From NCBI GenBank assembly GCA_945898115.1, contig CAMDHS010000001.1, forward strand, positions 1 through 48,195: 48,195 bases of DNA. The letters run 5' to 3'. The notes under the pieces were generated by a model. It saw nothing but the letters and a program-made list of their open reading frames with translations. It was not told the origin of the DNA and did not search any database. The position numbers and the translations under genes are program-made. Positions 23,497 to 33,499 of this stretch are shown here, one piece after another. Each line of letters begins with the position of its first letter. Position 1 is the first letter of the stretch. Source of the DNA: Comamonas sp. lk. GTDB lineage: Bacteria; Pseudomonadota; Gammaproteobacteria; Burkholderiales; Burkholderiaceae_C.

Positions 23497-24717
23497 TTAC
23501 CCTCTCCTGGGCATCCGCCAAGGCAGCATGAGCCGCACCGGCAGCGACACCAGGCGCGGAATGCTCAGGGTCTCGTGCACGGCGGTAACTTGTTCGCCAA
23601 GCAGGTCGGCGCGCAAGACCGAGCGCACGTAAAAAGGCGTGTCTTCCAGGGTCTGGGCTACGGATGCGCCAGCGCCGCCTTCGCTGCGCATGGTGCGGCC
23701 TATGCGCCATTTGGAAGCCGCCAAAGTTTGGCGCGGTGGCGCGGTAAAGGCGCTGGTCTGGCCGCTGGGGGCAAAGCGCTGGGCTACCACGCGGTCTGGG
23801 CCGTGGCGGGGGCGCACGTCGTAGATGACGGTGGTGTCGCCATTGGCCATTTCGGCGCGGGCCCAGTCCCACTCCTTGAATGCGCGGTCCACCGGCTCGT
23901 CGCCTTCGTTGCTGTCCAGATAGGCGTGGCCGCTCCATCGGGACTGGGGGTTTTGCATCTCGACCGTCACGCGCGAGCACGGGGCAATCGGGCCCCAGCG
24001 GTGGCGGGCGTCGGCGTCTAGCCCGGTTACAAAAGGGCTCAGGCCCACCGGCTGCACGGTCACGCGCCCGCGCACGCGCATGGGGATGGGCACGTTGACC
24101 TCGTCAATGTAAATCACCAGCTGCTGGCCATTCCAGTGCAGCTGGCTAGGGCCCACGGTGAATCGGTTTTGGCTGCGTTGCACGTGCTTGTGCCCGCGCT
24201 CGGTCATGCTCCAGCGGCGGCCCTGGGCGCCATAGAGCGCCACGTTGATAGCGCAAAAGTTTTCGGGGTCGGCCACGCCACCATTCAAGCCACGGGCGAG
24301 TGCGTAGTACGGTGAAAAAACGCTGCCCACAAAAGCGATGATGGACAGGCCGTGCTGGCCGTCGTCGCTCAGGGCATCGACATACCACCAGAGATAGCCA
24401 CCCGGCGCGACCGGCTGGTCGAATCGAGGTGCGCCATCAGCGTCGCGGCCGCCAAACGCCCCGACATGGCCGCCATGGGCACGCCCGGCCCCGGGTGCAC
24501 GCTGCCCCCCGCCAGGTACAGGCCCGGCACCTTGCTCTGCGCTGATGGCCGCGCAAAGGCCGACATCCAACCGTGGGTCGCGCGGCCATACAGCGCCCCG
24601 CCCGTGCCCGGGTACAGCCGGCCAAAGTCTTGCGGCGTGCTGCGCACCACCTGGTGCGGCTGGGCCTGCAGCGTCAGGCCACAGTGGCGCAAGAGCGCCA
24701 GGCTTCGGAGTTCGCAT
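23497..24717 (-). CDS. crtC: Carotenoid 1,2-hydratase (hydroxyneurosporene synthase); start uncertain, overlaps crtD
   Basis: GGYLWWYVDALSDDG, FVGSVFSPYY, HRWGPIAP, YLDSNEGDEP, LEDTPFY and MLPWRMPR. Confidence 0.92.
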   Translation of the reverse strand: MRTPKPGALAPLWPDAAGPAAPGGAQHAARLWPAVPGHGRGAVWPRDPRLDVGLCAAISAEQGAGPVPGGGQRAPGAGRAHGGHVGAFGGRDADGAPRFDQPVAPGGYLWWYVDALSDDGQHGLSIIAFVGSVFSPYYALARGLNGGVADPENFCAINVALYGAQGRRWSMTERGHKHVQRSQNRFTVGPSQLHWNGQQLVIYIDEVNVPIPMRVRGRVTVQPVGLSPFVTGLDADARHRWGPIAPCSRVTVEMQNPQSRWSGHAYLDSNEGDEPVDRAFKEWDWARAEMANGDTTVIYDVRPRHGPDRVVAQRFAPSGQTSAFTAPPRQTLAASKWRIGRTMRSEGGAGASVAQTLEDTPFYVRSVLRADLLGEQVTAVHETLSIPRLVSLPVRLMLPWRMPRRG

Positions 24718-25922
24718 GCTTGTATCCTTGAATCATCAAATGCGGGGCTGTCGCCGTCGGCCGGGGCGTTAACCAGGGCCAGCATGCGCTCGGGACCAGC
24801 CTGGGCCAGGCCGTGGTCGTCGCGGTCTTGGGCGCACAGGTACACCGTACCTTGTTCAGGCAGCCGGCGCTTGGAAAATATATCGTCAAATTCGCTGCGG
24901 TCGTCGTGGTCAAAAAACACGTTGTGCCGCACCAAGGCAAACCCGCTGGCCTGCGCACGCATAGACCAGGTCACGGCCGACAGCGAACGCTGCGCCACTT
25001 CCACGGGTGCCGCCGCACGCAGCGGCCCCAGGCCCAACAGGCCCTGAGACAGCGCGCCCACGTCGCCGTTAAACACCACCGCGTCTGCGGCCAAGCGCTC
25101 GCCATTGGCCAGGCGCACGCCGCTGGCGCGCCCCTGTGTGGTTTCAATCTCGCTGCAAGCCACGCCGTAGCGCAGCTTTACGCCCCGGGTCTGCGCTAGG
25201 GCCGCCAGTGCCTGCGCCACCGCGTGCATGCCGCCATTCACCGACCACACGCCGTCGAGCTCTACCTGCGCCACCAGCATCAGCGTGGCGGGCGCCGCCC
25301 AGGGCGAGGAGCCGCAATAGGTGGCGTAGCGGGCAAACAGCTGCTGCAAGCGCACGTCATGAAAATGCCGTCCCAGGCTGCTCCACAGCGTGGCAAACGG
25401 GCCCAGGCCCATGAGCGTGCCCAGGCCCCGCGGCCCCAGGTCTTGCGCCATGCTCAAGAGGCTGGGACGCTGGCTGCGGATGTAGGGCTTTTCCAGCGCG
25501 TGGTAGAGCGCGCGGGTTTGCTGGCAAAACTGCTTAAAACGTTGGGCCTCGGCCGGGCTGCTAAAGGCGGCAATCGCGTCCGCCGAGCGCTCGGTATCCG
25601 CGTGCAGATCAAGCGTGCCCTCGCTGCCGCGCCAGGCGTGGCGCGCCAGCACGTGAATGGGCGAGAGCTGCAGCAGGCTCTCTAGTGAGCTGCCAATCTC
25701 TGAGAGCATTTGGTCCAACACCCAGCGCATGGTGAACACCGTGGGGCCCGAATCCACCGCCACCTCGTCCACCACAATCTGGCGCATCTTGCCCCCGGGC
25801 GTGGCGGCAGCTTCTACCAGCGTCACGTCCAGTCCGCGGTGGGCCAGCAGTAGCGCGCTGACCAGGCCGCCAATGCCCGCACCCACCACCACCACGCGCC
25901 GCGTGCGCAGCGATTCAGCCAT
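24369..25922 (-). CDS. crtD: Hydroxycarotenoid 3,4-desaturase
   Basis: VGAGIGGL, DSGPTVFTMRWV, RYATYCGSSP and HPGPGVPMAAMSGRLAA. Confidence 0.95.
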   Translation of the reverse strand: MAESLRTRRVVVVGAGIGGLVSALLLAHRGLDVTLVEAAATPGGKMRQIVVDEVAVDSGPTVFTMRWVLDQMLSEIGSSLESLLQLSPIHVLARHAWRGSEGTLDLHADTERSADAIAAFSSPAEAQRFKQFCQQTRALYHALEKPYIRSQRPSLLSMAQDLGPRGLGTLMGLGPFATLWSSLGRHFHDVRLQQLFARYATYCGSSPWAAPATLMLVAQVELDGVWSVNGGMHAVAQALAALAQTRGVKLRYGVACSEIETTQGRASGVRLANGERLAADAVVFNGDVGALSQGLLGLGPLRAAAPVEVAQRSLSAVTWSMRAQASGFALVRHNVFFDHDDRSEFDDIFSKRRLPEQGTVYLCAQDRDDHGLAQAGPERMLALVNAPADGDSPAFDDSRIQACELRSLALLRHCGLTLQAQPHQVVRSTPQDFGRLYPGTGGALYGRATHGWMSAFARPSAQSKVPGLYLAGGSVHPGPGVPMAAMSGRLAAATLMAHLDSTSRSRRVAISGGMSMP

Positions 25923-26625
25923 AGTGTTGGCCCTTCCAGGTGCCCTGGACGCTCAGGGTGACGAAGCGCGCAAACATGGACTCGGTGAAATACTGCTCTT
26001 TCGCCGCCGCCTTGATGGCTTCTAAGTGGGGGCCGGAGCGGGCGTAAGCGTCCATCGCGGCCACGCTGTCCCACAGGGTAAACGTGGCTTGGCGCAAAAA
26101 CGGCGCCTCGCCCAGACCGACCGCAAGCTGGCAGCCGGGTGCAGCCTCTAGCGCTATTTGGGATGCGGGCGCGTGGCGCCAAAAGGCAGGGGCTTTGCGC
26201 ACCGCAATGGACGCGCGGGTAAGCGCTGCCACGGGGCCGGCGTTAGGGGGCGCAATGCTGGGCTCCAGCGTTTGGCCGTCCCAACTGCCTCGGCACGACC
26301 AAGTGCGCAGCTTGAGCACGCAGCATTCGCTGGCGCGCTCGCGGTAACCGCGCATTACGTCGGAATAGGCAATAAAGTCGTCCGCCGCGCCCCGGCTGCC
26401 AAACACCGCAAACACGCCCTGGCGCGAGGCGCTTGGCCGCAGGCCAAAGCCGCCGTCAAAGCCGCTGCCCAGCACTTTGGAAAACCGCAACTGGGCCTGC
26501 GAGCGCAAGGCAAGCGGGCCCTTCACGATCCGCGACCAGCCCCACAGCCGGTGCGCAGGTGCGATATCGGCCAGTACCAGCACGCTCACCTGGTCACAAG
26601 GAACATCCATCAGCACCAGGTTCAT
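25915..26625 (-). CDS. crtA: Spheroidene monooxygenase
   Basis: FSKVLGSG..GGF, ALTRASI, FWRHAP, GLGEAP..RQATFTLW, HLEAIK and ESMFARF. GGAG precedes the ATG at 26625. Confidence 0.9.
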   Translation of the reverse strand: MNLVLMDVPCDQVSVLVLADIAPAHRLWGWSRIVKGPLALRSQAQLRFSKVLGSGFDGGFGLRPSASRQGVFAVFGSRGAADDFIAYSDVMRGYRERASECCVLKLRTWSCRGSWDGQTLEPSIAPPNAGPVAALTRASIAVRKAPAFWRHAPASQIALEAAPGCQLAVGLGEAPFLRQATFTLWDSVAAMDAYARSGPHLEAIKAAAKEQYFTESMFARFVTLSVQGTWKGQHYG

Positions 26626-26641
26626 ACGCAAACACTCCAAT

Positions 26642-26680
26642 AAAAAAAGGGCCTCCACCGCGCAAAGCGAAGGCCCTTCA
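26642..26680 (-). terminator. Intrinsic terminator downstream of pufC
   Basis: Minus strand reads AAGGGCCT...AGGCCCTT followed by a T-run, just after the pufC stop. Confidence 0.8.
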
Positions 26681-26693
26681 GGAGCTTAGACCT

Positions 26694-27725
26694 TTAAGGC
26701 TTTGCTAGCGCCTGCAGCTCAGGAAAGTCCTTGGCCATGGCCGCACCATACAGCGGCTTATAGGCGCCTTGGTGGCAGGTCGTGCAGTTGACCTTAGCCA
26801 CGTCGCCTTTAGGCCCTAAGCGGTTGGCCGGAAAGGTGTCGGTGAGCGGCGTCATGTAGTCGTTGTTCAGGTCACGCGCCATGCGGATGCCGTGCCAGGC
26901 GGTCACGCGCTGGGGCCGTGACTCTTCCCACGACGCGAAGTTGCGGGTGTTGTGACAGTAGGTGCAATTGACCCCGAGCGACTCCGACATGTGCACCATC
27001 AGGCCGTAAGTATGTTCGGTCTGCTTGGTTGAACTGCGGTTGACAGCATCACCCCGTAGCACCATGGCCGTATTGCCGTTAACGCGAATGGGCGCGGCGT
27101 CTTTCAGGTAGGGCGTAAACGGATCAAAGGGCAGCGACGACAAACCCACCGACTCAGATGCCAAGTTTTGCCCGGCCAAGTCGCCCATCACGCTATTGCT
27201 GGCGTATTTGCGGTCTTTGGGCGCAAACCACACGTTGGTGGGGATGTTGTTGCCCCTGTGGCAGGTGTAGCAGGTCACGCCGGTTTCGGCCACGTGGGTT
27301 TTCCAATCCTGGTTGACGCGCTGCGTCATCTGGATCATGCGCCGCGCCACGACCTTGGTGTACTTGCCGTCGTCGGCAAAGTTTTCCACATTGTGGCAAT
27401 AGGCGCAGCCCGCCTCAGGCGCCACCCATTGGGTGATGGACGCCATATGCCGGTTGAACTGTGCCACGCTCAGGTCGCCTAGCACCTGGACATTTTTATA
27501 AATGTCCTTGGCCTTGGGGCCGTCGGCGCTAGCGGCCTCGGGCGCTGCCGGTGCCTGGTTCAGCGAAGCCTGTTTGAGCAGGGTGCGGGGGTTGTAGATT
27601 TGCTCCATGGCCGTACCGCGATAGCCGGTTTGCACCGTCTCAATCGGCGGGCGCTCGCAGCCGCTGAGCAGCGCCGCGACGGCCGGTACCAGGGCGGCGA
27701 GTAGGACTCGCAGGGAAGTCTTCAT
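26694..27725 (-). CDS. pufC: Reaction-centre tetraheme cytochrome c subunit (lipoprotein)
   Basis: Lipobox LSGC-ERPP and four CxxCH motifs (CAYCH, CYTCH, CTYCH, CTTCH). ATGA overlap with pufM. Confidence 0.97.
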   Translation of the reverse strand: MKTSLRVLLAALVPAVAALLSGCERPPIETVQTGYRGTAMEQIYNPRTLLKQASLNQAPAAPEAASADGPKAKDIYKNVQVLGDLSVAQFNRHMASITQWVAPEAGCAYCHNVENFADDGKYTKVVARRMIQMTQRVNQDWKTHVAETGVTCYTCHRGNNIPTNVWFAPKDRKYASNSVMGDLAGQNLASESVGLSSLPFDPFTPYLKDAAPIRVNGNTAMVLRGDAVNRSSTKQTEHTYGLMVHMSESLGVNCTYCHNTRNFASWEESRPQRVTAWHGIRMARDLNNDYMTPLTDTFPANRLGPKGDVAKVNCTTCHQGAYKPLYGAAMAKDFPELQALAKP

Positions 27726-28696
27726 GGCTTTGCTCCAAGGAGTGCGGGGTCGAGCACGATGGGGGTGACCAGCGGATAGGTCGGAACCACATGGTGTTTG
27801 ACCGACCAGAGGTACCAGTTGTCCACCACGGTACCCGTCAGCAAGATGCCCACGCCGCCCACCAGAGGGCTGAGCACCGCAAACCACCAAGCCCAGCGAT
27901 GAATGGATTCCATGGTGGCGTTAAACCCCATGGTCCAGCGCCAGAACAGGGCGGCACGCTCGGAGGCAGTACCGCGGTCCACGATCTGCTCAATCTCGCG
28001 CTCGCCGCCAAAGCGGCTCACCGCCAAGATGGTTCCGCCGTGCATGGCAAACAGCAGCACGGAGCCATACAAGAACACGATGGACAGCGCGTGGAATGGG
28101 TTGTAAAACAGGTTGCCGTAGCGTATCGAGATGGCGGACACCCAGTCCAAGTGCGGGAAGATGCCAAACGGTACCGCCTCGGACCAACTGCCCATCATGA
28201 TGGGGCGGAAAAAGCCGCACACCAAATACAACCAAATAGCCGCCGCAAAAGCCCAGGCCACGTGCGTGCCCAGCCCCAACTGGCGGGCTCGGCGGTAAGT
28301 GCGCGCCCACCACAGCAGAATCGAAACCGTCAGCAAAAAGCCCACAATCAGCCACCAGCCGCCTTGAGCCAGCGGCGGAATGCTCAGACCATAGGCCGGG
28401 GGTGGCGGCTCCAAAGCCAGCCAGAACAACTGGCGGAGCAACTCGATCGGGTTCCAGTCCACCGAGGCCAGCATATTGAAGCCAATGATGTTGAAAGCCA
28501 GCGTGCCAAACAGCAAGGAGGCCAGACCTAGCGTACCCAGATAAATAGGACCAATTTGGGCATTACCGATGCGCCCGAGCAGGTGCACCAGAAAAGGCGT
28601 GCCCAGGCGCTTGTCGTCACCGCGTGGCAGGGGCACGCCGTCATGCAGCGGTCCAACAGGCTGCACGGAAGTAAATAGGTTTTGGTACTCAGCCAT
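27722..28696 (-). CDS. pufM: Reaction centre M subunit
   Basis: [32 protein letters not shown] and [22 protein letters not shown]. Confidence 0.98.
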   Translation of the reverse strand: MAEYQNLFTSVQPVGPLHDGVPLPRGDDKRLGTPFLVHLLGRIGNAQIGPIYLGTLGLASLLFGTLAFNIIGFNMLASVDWNPIELLRQLFWLALEPPPPAYGLSIPPLAQGGWWLIVGFLLTVSILLWWARTYRRARQLGLGTHVAWAFAAAIWLYLVCGFFRPIMMGSWSEAVPFGIFPHLDWVSAISIRYGNLFYNPFHALSIVFLYGSVLLFAMHGGTILAVSRFGGEREIEQIVDRGTASERAALFWRWTMGFNATMESIHRWAWWFAVLSPLVGGVGILLTGTVVDNWYLWSVKHHVVPTYPLVTPIVLDPALLGAKP

Positions 28697-28714
28697 TATT
28701 TTCTCCTTGGGTTC

Positions 28715-29542
28715 TTAGCTGCGCCAGATGGGCATGTTGAGCCACCAGCTCCACCACTCGGGCCAGGCGCCGGTCCAGAACGGGCCGCTCACCACAATGC
28801 ACACAATGCCAAACCAGACTCCGGCCAGCGCCAGGAACAGGCCCAGGCGGTGGATGCCCAGGGTGCCAACGGAATAGCCAATCAGGTCGCGGAAAAAGGT
28901 GTCTTCATGCTCAGGCGACTTCACCGCCTGGCCGTTGCCGGGGTTGGTGGCCGAGAGCACCAGTCCGCCGTGCATGGACAGTGCCAGCACCGTGGCAAAG
29001 AACAAGCTCGCCGCAATCATGTGCCAGGGGTTGTAGTGAAAGTGCAGGTACTGGTAAGCCGTGTTGCTGACCCAGTCCAGGTGGCTGTAAATGCCGTACG
29101 GAAAGGCGTGACCCCAGGCGCCCATGAGCACCGGACGAATCACCTGCAGCGCCAGGTAGGCCAGAATCGCCATGCTAAAGGCCACGGGCACATGCAAGCC
29201 CATACCTAGCTTGCGGCAGATTTCCACCTCGCGCAGCGCCCAGGATACAAAGGCACCAATGGCGCACACCGTGATGAACTGCCACAGGCCGCCCTCCATC
29301 ATGGGTGCAAGGCGCAGGCCGTATGAAATGTCCGGCGGCGCAATATTGATTTGCCACACATTCCAGGTCGGCCCCATGGCCGCACCCCACAGAATCATCA
29401 TGGTGCCTGTAAGCACGAAAAACATTGTCGTGATTCCGAAGAATCCGACGTAAAAAGGACCGACCCAGAAATCAAACAGGTCGCCCCCAACCAGGGTTCC
29501 ACCGCGCACGCGGTATTTACGTTCAAAACTTAGCATGGACAT
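28715..29542 (-). CDS. pufL: Reaction centre L subunit
   Basis: [34 protein letters not shown] and [17 protein letters not shown]. Confidence 0.98.
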   Translation of the reverse strand: MSMLSFERKYRVRGGTLVGGDLFDFWVGPFYVGFFGITTMFFVLTGTMMILWGAAMGPTWNVWQINIAPPDISYGLRLAPMMEGGLWQFITVCAIGAFVSWALREVEICRKLGMGLHVPVAFSMAILAYLALQVIRPVLMGAWGHAFPYGIYSHLDWVSNTAYQYLHFHYNPWHMIAASLFFATVLALSMHGGLVLSATNPGNGQAVKSPEHEDTFFRDLIGYSVGTLGIHRLGLFLALAGVWFGIVCIVVSGPFWTGAWPEWWSWWLNMPIWRS

Positions 29543-29612
29543 ATATGCATCCTCCGACCGAAATTCGGTCCAACAGGTCCCAGCGCGGTGAAGCAATAGA
29601 GAACAAAAAAGA

Positions 29613-29650
29613 CAGACGCAGCGATCAAAAAAATGACCGGCATGCGTCTG
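29613..29650 (-). promoter_or_regulatory. pufA-pufL intercistronic stem-loop (putative mRNA stability element)
   Basis: Inverted repeat CAGACGCA (29613-20) / TGCGTCTG (29643-50). Same position as the Rhodobacter pufBA-stabilising hairpin. Confidence 0.5.
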
Positions 29651-29671
29651 CCGGAGCGAAGACCGAAGTCT

Positions 29672-29860
29672 TTACTTTTGCGGCAAAGCCGCGTTCTGTG
29701 CAGCCTTCGCGGCCTTGACCGTATCGGGATGCCAGCTGTTGATGTTGTAACGGTCGCCACTGATTTGAATCAGGTGGATCGTCGTTGACACAAACGCAAT
29801 GAGCAAACCGGTCAAAACGACTGCCTTGCGGGGATCGATTACACGCCAAATGCGCCACAT
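29672..29860 (-). CDS. pufA: LH1 alpha polypeptide (divergent)
   Basis: MWRIWRVIDPR start, TM helix with BChl-ligand His (TTIHL), immediately upstream of pufL. Confidence 0.88.
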   Translation of the reverse strand: MWRIWRVIDPRKAVVLTGLLIAFVSTTIHLIQISGDRYNINSWHPDTVKAAKAAQNAALPQK

Positions 29861-29875
29861 AAGAATTTCCTTTCG

Positions 29876-30100
29876 TTAACTCAATTGAGAAATTACGGTA
29901 TAGACGGCAGATTTCACACCGACCCAAGTGGTCGCTGATCCCTCCGCTCCGGGTAGCCAGGTGCGCCAGTTCAACGCCAGCAACTGACCAAACACGGCAA
30001 GCGCCATGAACACAAAGAAGAGCAGCACGAATATCAGCCGGTAACCATTGAGGTGGTTATCAGAAATAAACGACGGATCACTAAAGTTCGGTTGGGCCAT
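29876..30100 (-). CDS. Small membrane protein between pufB and pufA (PufQ-like / Rubrivivax ORF1-like)
   Basis: GGAGG RBS, 74 aa with one TM helix then WRTWLPGAEG. No His in the TM helix. Confidence 0.7.
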   Translation of the reverse strand: MAQPNFSDPSFISDNHLNGYRLIFVLLFFVFMALAVFGQLLALNWRTWLPGAEGSATTWVGVKSAVYTVISQLS

Positions 30101-30123
30101 AAATACCTCCAGTTAAGGTTCTC

Positions 30124-30267
30124 TTAGAACCAGGGACGCCATATCCACACCAGGCTATGGGCGAAGAAAGCGCCTACAGCCCACAACAGGTAGCCCTGTA
30201 CGAAGTACTGGTGGAACTCTTGAGCTTCTTCGTCTGATATCCCTGAGGGGTTAGCTGCATCAGTCAT
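30124..30267 (-). CDS. pufB: LH1 beta polypeptide
   Basis: SGISDEEAQEFH...AHSLVWIWRPWF. GAGG RBS. Confidence 0.96.
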   Translation of the reverse strand: MTDAANPSGISDEEAQEFHQYFVQGYLLWAVGAFFAHSLVWIWRPWF

Positions 30268-30303
30268 AGTTAATGCCTCACTCAAAATGCCTTGCGGCGA
30301 CTT

Positions 30304-30325
30304 GCCACACCTGTGAGGGTGTGGC
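30304..30325 (-). promoter_or_regulatory. Stem-loop in the pufB leader
   Basis: Perfect 8-bp inverted repeat GCCACACC / GGTGTGGC with a 6-nt loop, between bchZ and pufB. Confidence 0.45.
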
Positions 30326-30414
30326 TCGGACTGCTGTTGCACGAATGCCCCAGCAGGTTTGCCCCCGGACAAGCCGGGTGCGTGTGCAGGCCATCAAAGG
30401 CTGGTACGCGTAGC

Positions 30415-31893
30415 TCATGCAAGCGCCCCCACTCTTGATTGCCCGAACAACTCTGAAAAACGTTCTGCCTCTACTTGCGCGCGCCCGGTCTCGCGGGCAT
30501 CGCGCTCGGCCTGGTCGCGCATGCGCTTGGCCGCAGAAATACGCACCAACACCGGCTGCAGCTCCAGCAGCTCTTGCATGCGCTCGTGGGCCTCCGGCTC
30601 CCAGGGAATCGTGGACTCCGTGGCTGCGCGACCGGGGCTGGCCTCGATCTTGTCCATCTCGGTGCCCAGGGGCAGGATGTGGAACAGCGCGTCAAACAAG
30701 GCATTGCAAAACTCTTGAATGATGTAAGTCGCACCCGAGTAGCCCATGAAGGGCGTGCCGGTGTGGCGCCGAATGATGGGCAGCGGAAAACTCGCTGGAA
30801 TAAAGCTGGTTTTCATCATGCCACCGCCGCCAATCTCAGCCAGGTAAATGCGTTCGTTATAGCTGCCGTACAGCACCAGCGGCGTTTTCTCGGCCACCAG
30901 GCGACGCACTTCGGCGTTGTCGGTTTTGGCACCGGCCACACGGCTGATCGCAAAGTTGCAGGGCAAGCCCATCTCGTCTTCCAGAAAATGGCGGATGCCG
31001 CGCGTGTAGGTCTCGTTGGCCACGACGCCAAAGTTGGCGGTGCCAAAAAAGTCTTGCGTCACCGAGCGCCACAGGTCCCAGATGGGTTTGATGGTGGTGT
31101 GCTTTTCGCGCTCAATAAAGGGCTCGGGGTCCAGACCCAGCAGTTCGCCCAGTGTTCGCAAAAACTTCGTGGTGCTGTGCAGGCCAATAGGTGCTTGCAG
31201 GTAGGGGCGCTCCAGCGCCTCGCACAGCATGCGGCCAAACTCGCGGTACATGCAGATGTTCACATCTGCCTCCACCAGGCGCGACACGTCGGCCAGGTGG
31301 CTGCCCAGCGGGAACACCATATTGATCTCGGCGCCAATGCCTTGCACCATGCGGCGGATCTCGGCCAAGTCGCTGGGCGAATTGAAGGTGCCGTAGCTTG
31401 GGCCAATGATGTTGACGCGCGGCTTTTCGCCGGGCTTGCGGTCTGCAAAGGGCGTGCGCGCGGGCACATCGCGCAGGCCGTATTGCTGCCACAGCCAGAA
31501 CATGGCGCGGTTGGCGCACTGCCACTGGTCTTCGTCAATCGTGCGCGGCAAAAAGCGCTGAATATTGGTGCCCTCAGGCGTGACACCACCACCAATCATT
31601 TCGGCGATCGAGCCGGTCACCACCACGGCGGGCAGGTCGGGGTCAAGCGCGGCATGGGCCCGGCGCATGGAGCCTTCGGTGCCTTCGCGCCCAAGCTGCT
31701 CTTCGGCCAGACCGGTCACCACAATCGGCAGCTCATGCGGAGGCAGCGCGTCGGTGTAATGCAACACCGAAGTCACTGGCAGGTTCTCGCAGCCCACCGG
31801 GCCGTCAATCACCACCTGCATGCCCTTGATGGCGGTAAATACATACACCGCGCCCCAGTAGCCGCCGGCGCGATCGTGGTCGAGCACTAGCAT
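30415..31893 (-). CDS. bchZ: Chlorophyllide reductase subunit Z
   Basis: [28 protein letters not shown] and [12 protein letters not shown]. Confidence 0.97.
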   Translation of the reverse strand: MLVLDHDRAGGYWGAVYVFTAIKGMQVVIDGPVGCENLPVTSVLHYTDALPPHELPIVVTGLAEEQLGREGTEGSMRRAHAALDPDLPAVVVTGSIAEMIGGGVTPEGTNIQRFLPRTIDEDQWQCANRAMFWLWQQYGLRDVPARTPFADRKPGEKPRVNIIGPSYGTFNSPSDLAEIRRMVQGIGAEINMVFPLGSHLADVSRLVEADVNICMYREFGRMLCEALERPYLQAPIGLHSTTKFLRTLGELLGLDPEPFIEREKHTTIKPIWDLWRSVTQDFFGTANFGVVANETYTRGIRHFLEDEMGLPCNFAISRVAGAKTDNAEVRRLVAEKTPLVLYGSYNERIYLAEIGGGGMMKTSFIPASFPLPIIRRHTGTPFMGYSGATYIIQEFCNALFDALFHILPLGTEMDKIEASPGRAATESTIPWEPEAHERMQELLELQPVLVRISAAKRMRDQAERDARETGRAQVEAERFSELFGQSRVGALA

Positions 31894-31924
31894 GGCAACC
31901 CCCAGGCGATGTAACGCGCGGCGC

Positions 31925-33484
31925 TCATACCATGGCCTCCGCTTTGCGTTTCTTGGTCTGCTTTTCAAGCAAGCGCCGTGTCTCGGCCTTGAACTCGGGG
32001 CGGTCTTGCGGCACGCCGGCAGCACTTTCCCACACCCCGGCGCTGTGGCCTGAACCTGCGGCTCCAAAGAACTCACGCATCTGGTCAAAGCGCGCCTTGT
32101 TGCCCATGGCGGCGTTGATCACCGTGGCTAGCGATCCGGCGCCGGCTGGGCCCATCAGAGGGCGGGCAGAAATCAGGTTGGTGAAATACAGGGCGGGGAT
32201 ACTGAGTTCCTTGGCGGCCTGGACGATGGGCGTGGTGCCGATGGCCAGGTCGGGCTTCCATTCGTGCATGGCAGCCAGGTCGTTCTCAAGGGATGCGCGG
32301 AATTGCACGTGCACGCCGCGCGCCTCCAGCCATTCGCGGTCGGGGTCGCTCCAGACCGTGCGCGGGCAAGCGGTGCCCACATAGCGCAGGTCTGCGCCGC
32401 TTTCCACCAGCAAGCGGGCTACCAGCAGCTCCGAGCCTTCGTAGCCGCTCAGCGTGATGCGACCTTTGATAGGCATCTTGGCCAAGCCGCCTTTGATGGC
32501 GGGCAGCATGATGTTTTTCACCAAATCAATCTTGGCCTGGGGCACGTTGGCTGCGTTGCCAATGGCTTGCAACCAGGCCTCGGTGCCGTCGTGACCCACG
32601 GGCGCCGAGCCTACGATGGGTCGGCCAGCGGCTTCAAACTCGCGCACGCTGGCGGTGTAAAAGGGATGGATGGCAGCCACTGCGGTGCAGTCCAGGGCGG
32701 AATACAGCTCGCGCCACTCACGCGTGGGCACCACAGGGCCAGCGGCCAGGCCCATGGGCTCAAGCATGCGGCCAATGATCACTGGGTCGGCCGGAAACAT
32801 TTCGCCCAGCAAGGCGATGGTGGGCTTGTCAGAGCGGCCGGTACGTGGCGCTTGCACAGGGCCGGCCATGACTTCTTCGCGGGCGTACTTCAGCATGGCG
32901 CCTGAGAGCACGTCCTTGGCTTCGGCGTGGGTGGGTACGCCAAATCCGGGCACGTCAATGCCGATGATGCGCACGCCGTTGATGTCTTTGGGCAGCAACT
33001 GCAGTGGTACGCCGCTGGCGGTGGGCACGCACAGGTTGATGATGACGATGGCGTCGTACTTCGCCGGATCAGCCTCGTTGTAGACCGATTCGCGGATGTC
33101 CTCGAACAGCTTGCCGGTGACCAGCGACTCGGAATTGAAAGGCACATAGCCCACGCTGCGGCGCGCACCGTAGAAATGCGAGGTGAATGTCAGGCCGTAC
33201 ACACAGCAGGCAGAGCCCGACAAAATGGTGGCGGTGCGGCGCATGCGCAGACCCACCCGCAGCGCGCCAAAAGCTGGGCACATGCTTTGCGGCTGGTCGT
33301 GCGGACCGGCGTTGGGCTTGGCGGGATAGTCTTTGGCGTACTGCGCTAGGATCTCGGACTTGCCTGACGCCTTGGCTGCGGCTAGCATTTTTTCGCCACC
33401 CGCGTGGCAACCCATGCCATCACCCTCGATGGCCGTGCTGGGCGCAGCGGCGGGGGCGGCAACAATGGGAATCGTCTTGTTCAT
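31925..33484 (-). CDS. bchY: Chlorophyllide reductase subunit Y
   Basis: [24 protein letters not shown] and [14 protein letters not shown]. Confidence 0.97.
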   Translation of the reverse strand: MNKTIPIVAAPAAAPSTAIEGDGMGCHAGGEKMLAAAKASGKSEILAQYAKDYPAKPNAGPHDQPQSMCPAFGALRVGLRMRRTATILSGSACCVYGLTFTSHFYGARRSVGYVPFNSESLVTGKLFEDIRESVYNEADPAKYDAIVIINLCVPTASGVPLQLLPKDINGVRIIGIDVPGFGVPTHAEAKDVLSGAMLKYAREEVMAGPVQAPRTGRSDKPTIALLGEMFPADPVIIGRMLEPMGLAAGPVVPTREWRELYSALDCTAVAAIHPFYTASVREFEAAGRPIVGSAPVGHDGTEAWLQAIGNAANVPQAKIDLVKNIMLPAIKGGLAKMPIKGRITLSGYEGSELLVARLLVESGADLRYVGTACPRTVWSDPDREWLEARGVHVQFRASLENDLAAMHEWKPDLAIGTTPIVQAAKELSIPALYFTNLISARPLMGPAGAGSLATVINAAMGNKARFDQMREFFGAAGSGHSAGVWESAAGVPQDRPEFKAETRRLLEKQTKKRKAEAMV

Positions 33485-33499
33485 GTTCCGGTGCTCCGC

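Noticed and set aside
27722-29542. Unusual cofactor ligands in PufL or PufM
   Set aside because: His ligands, the QB-site EHED and the other checked motifs look canonical.
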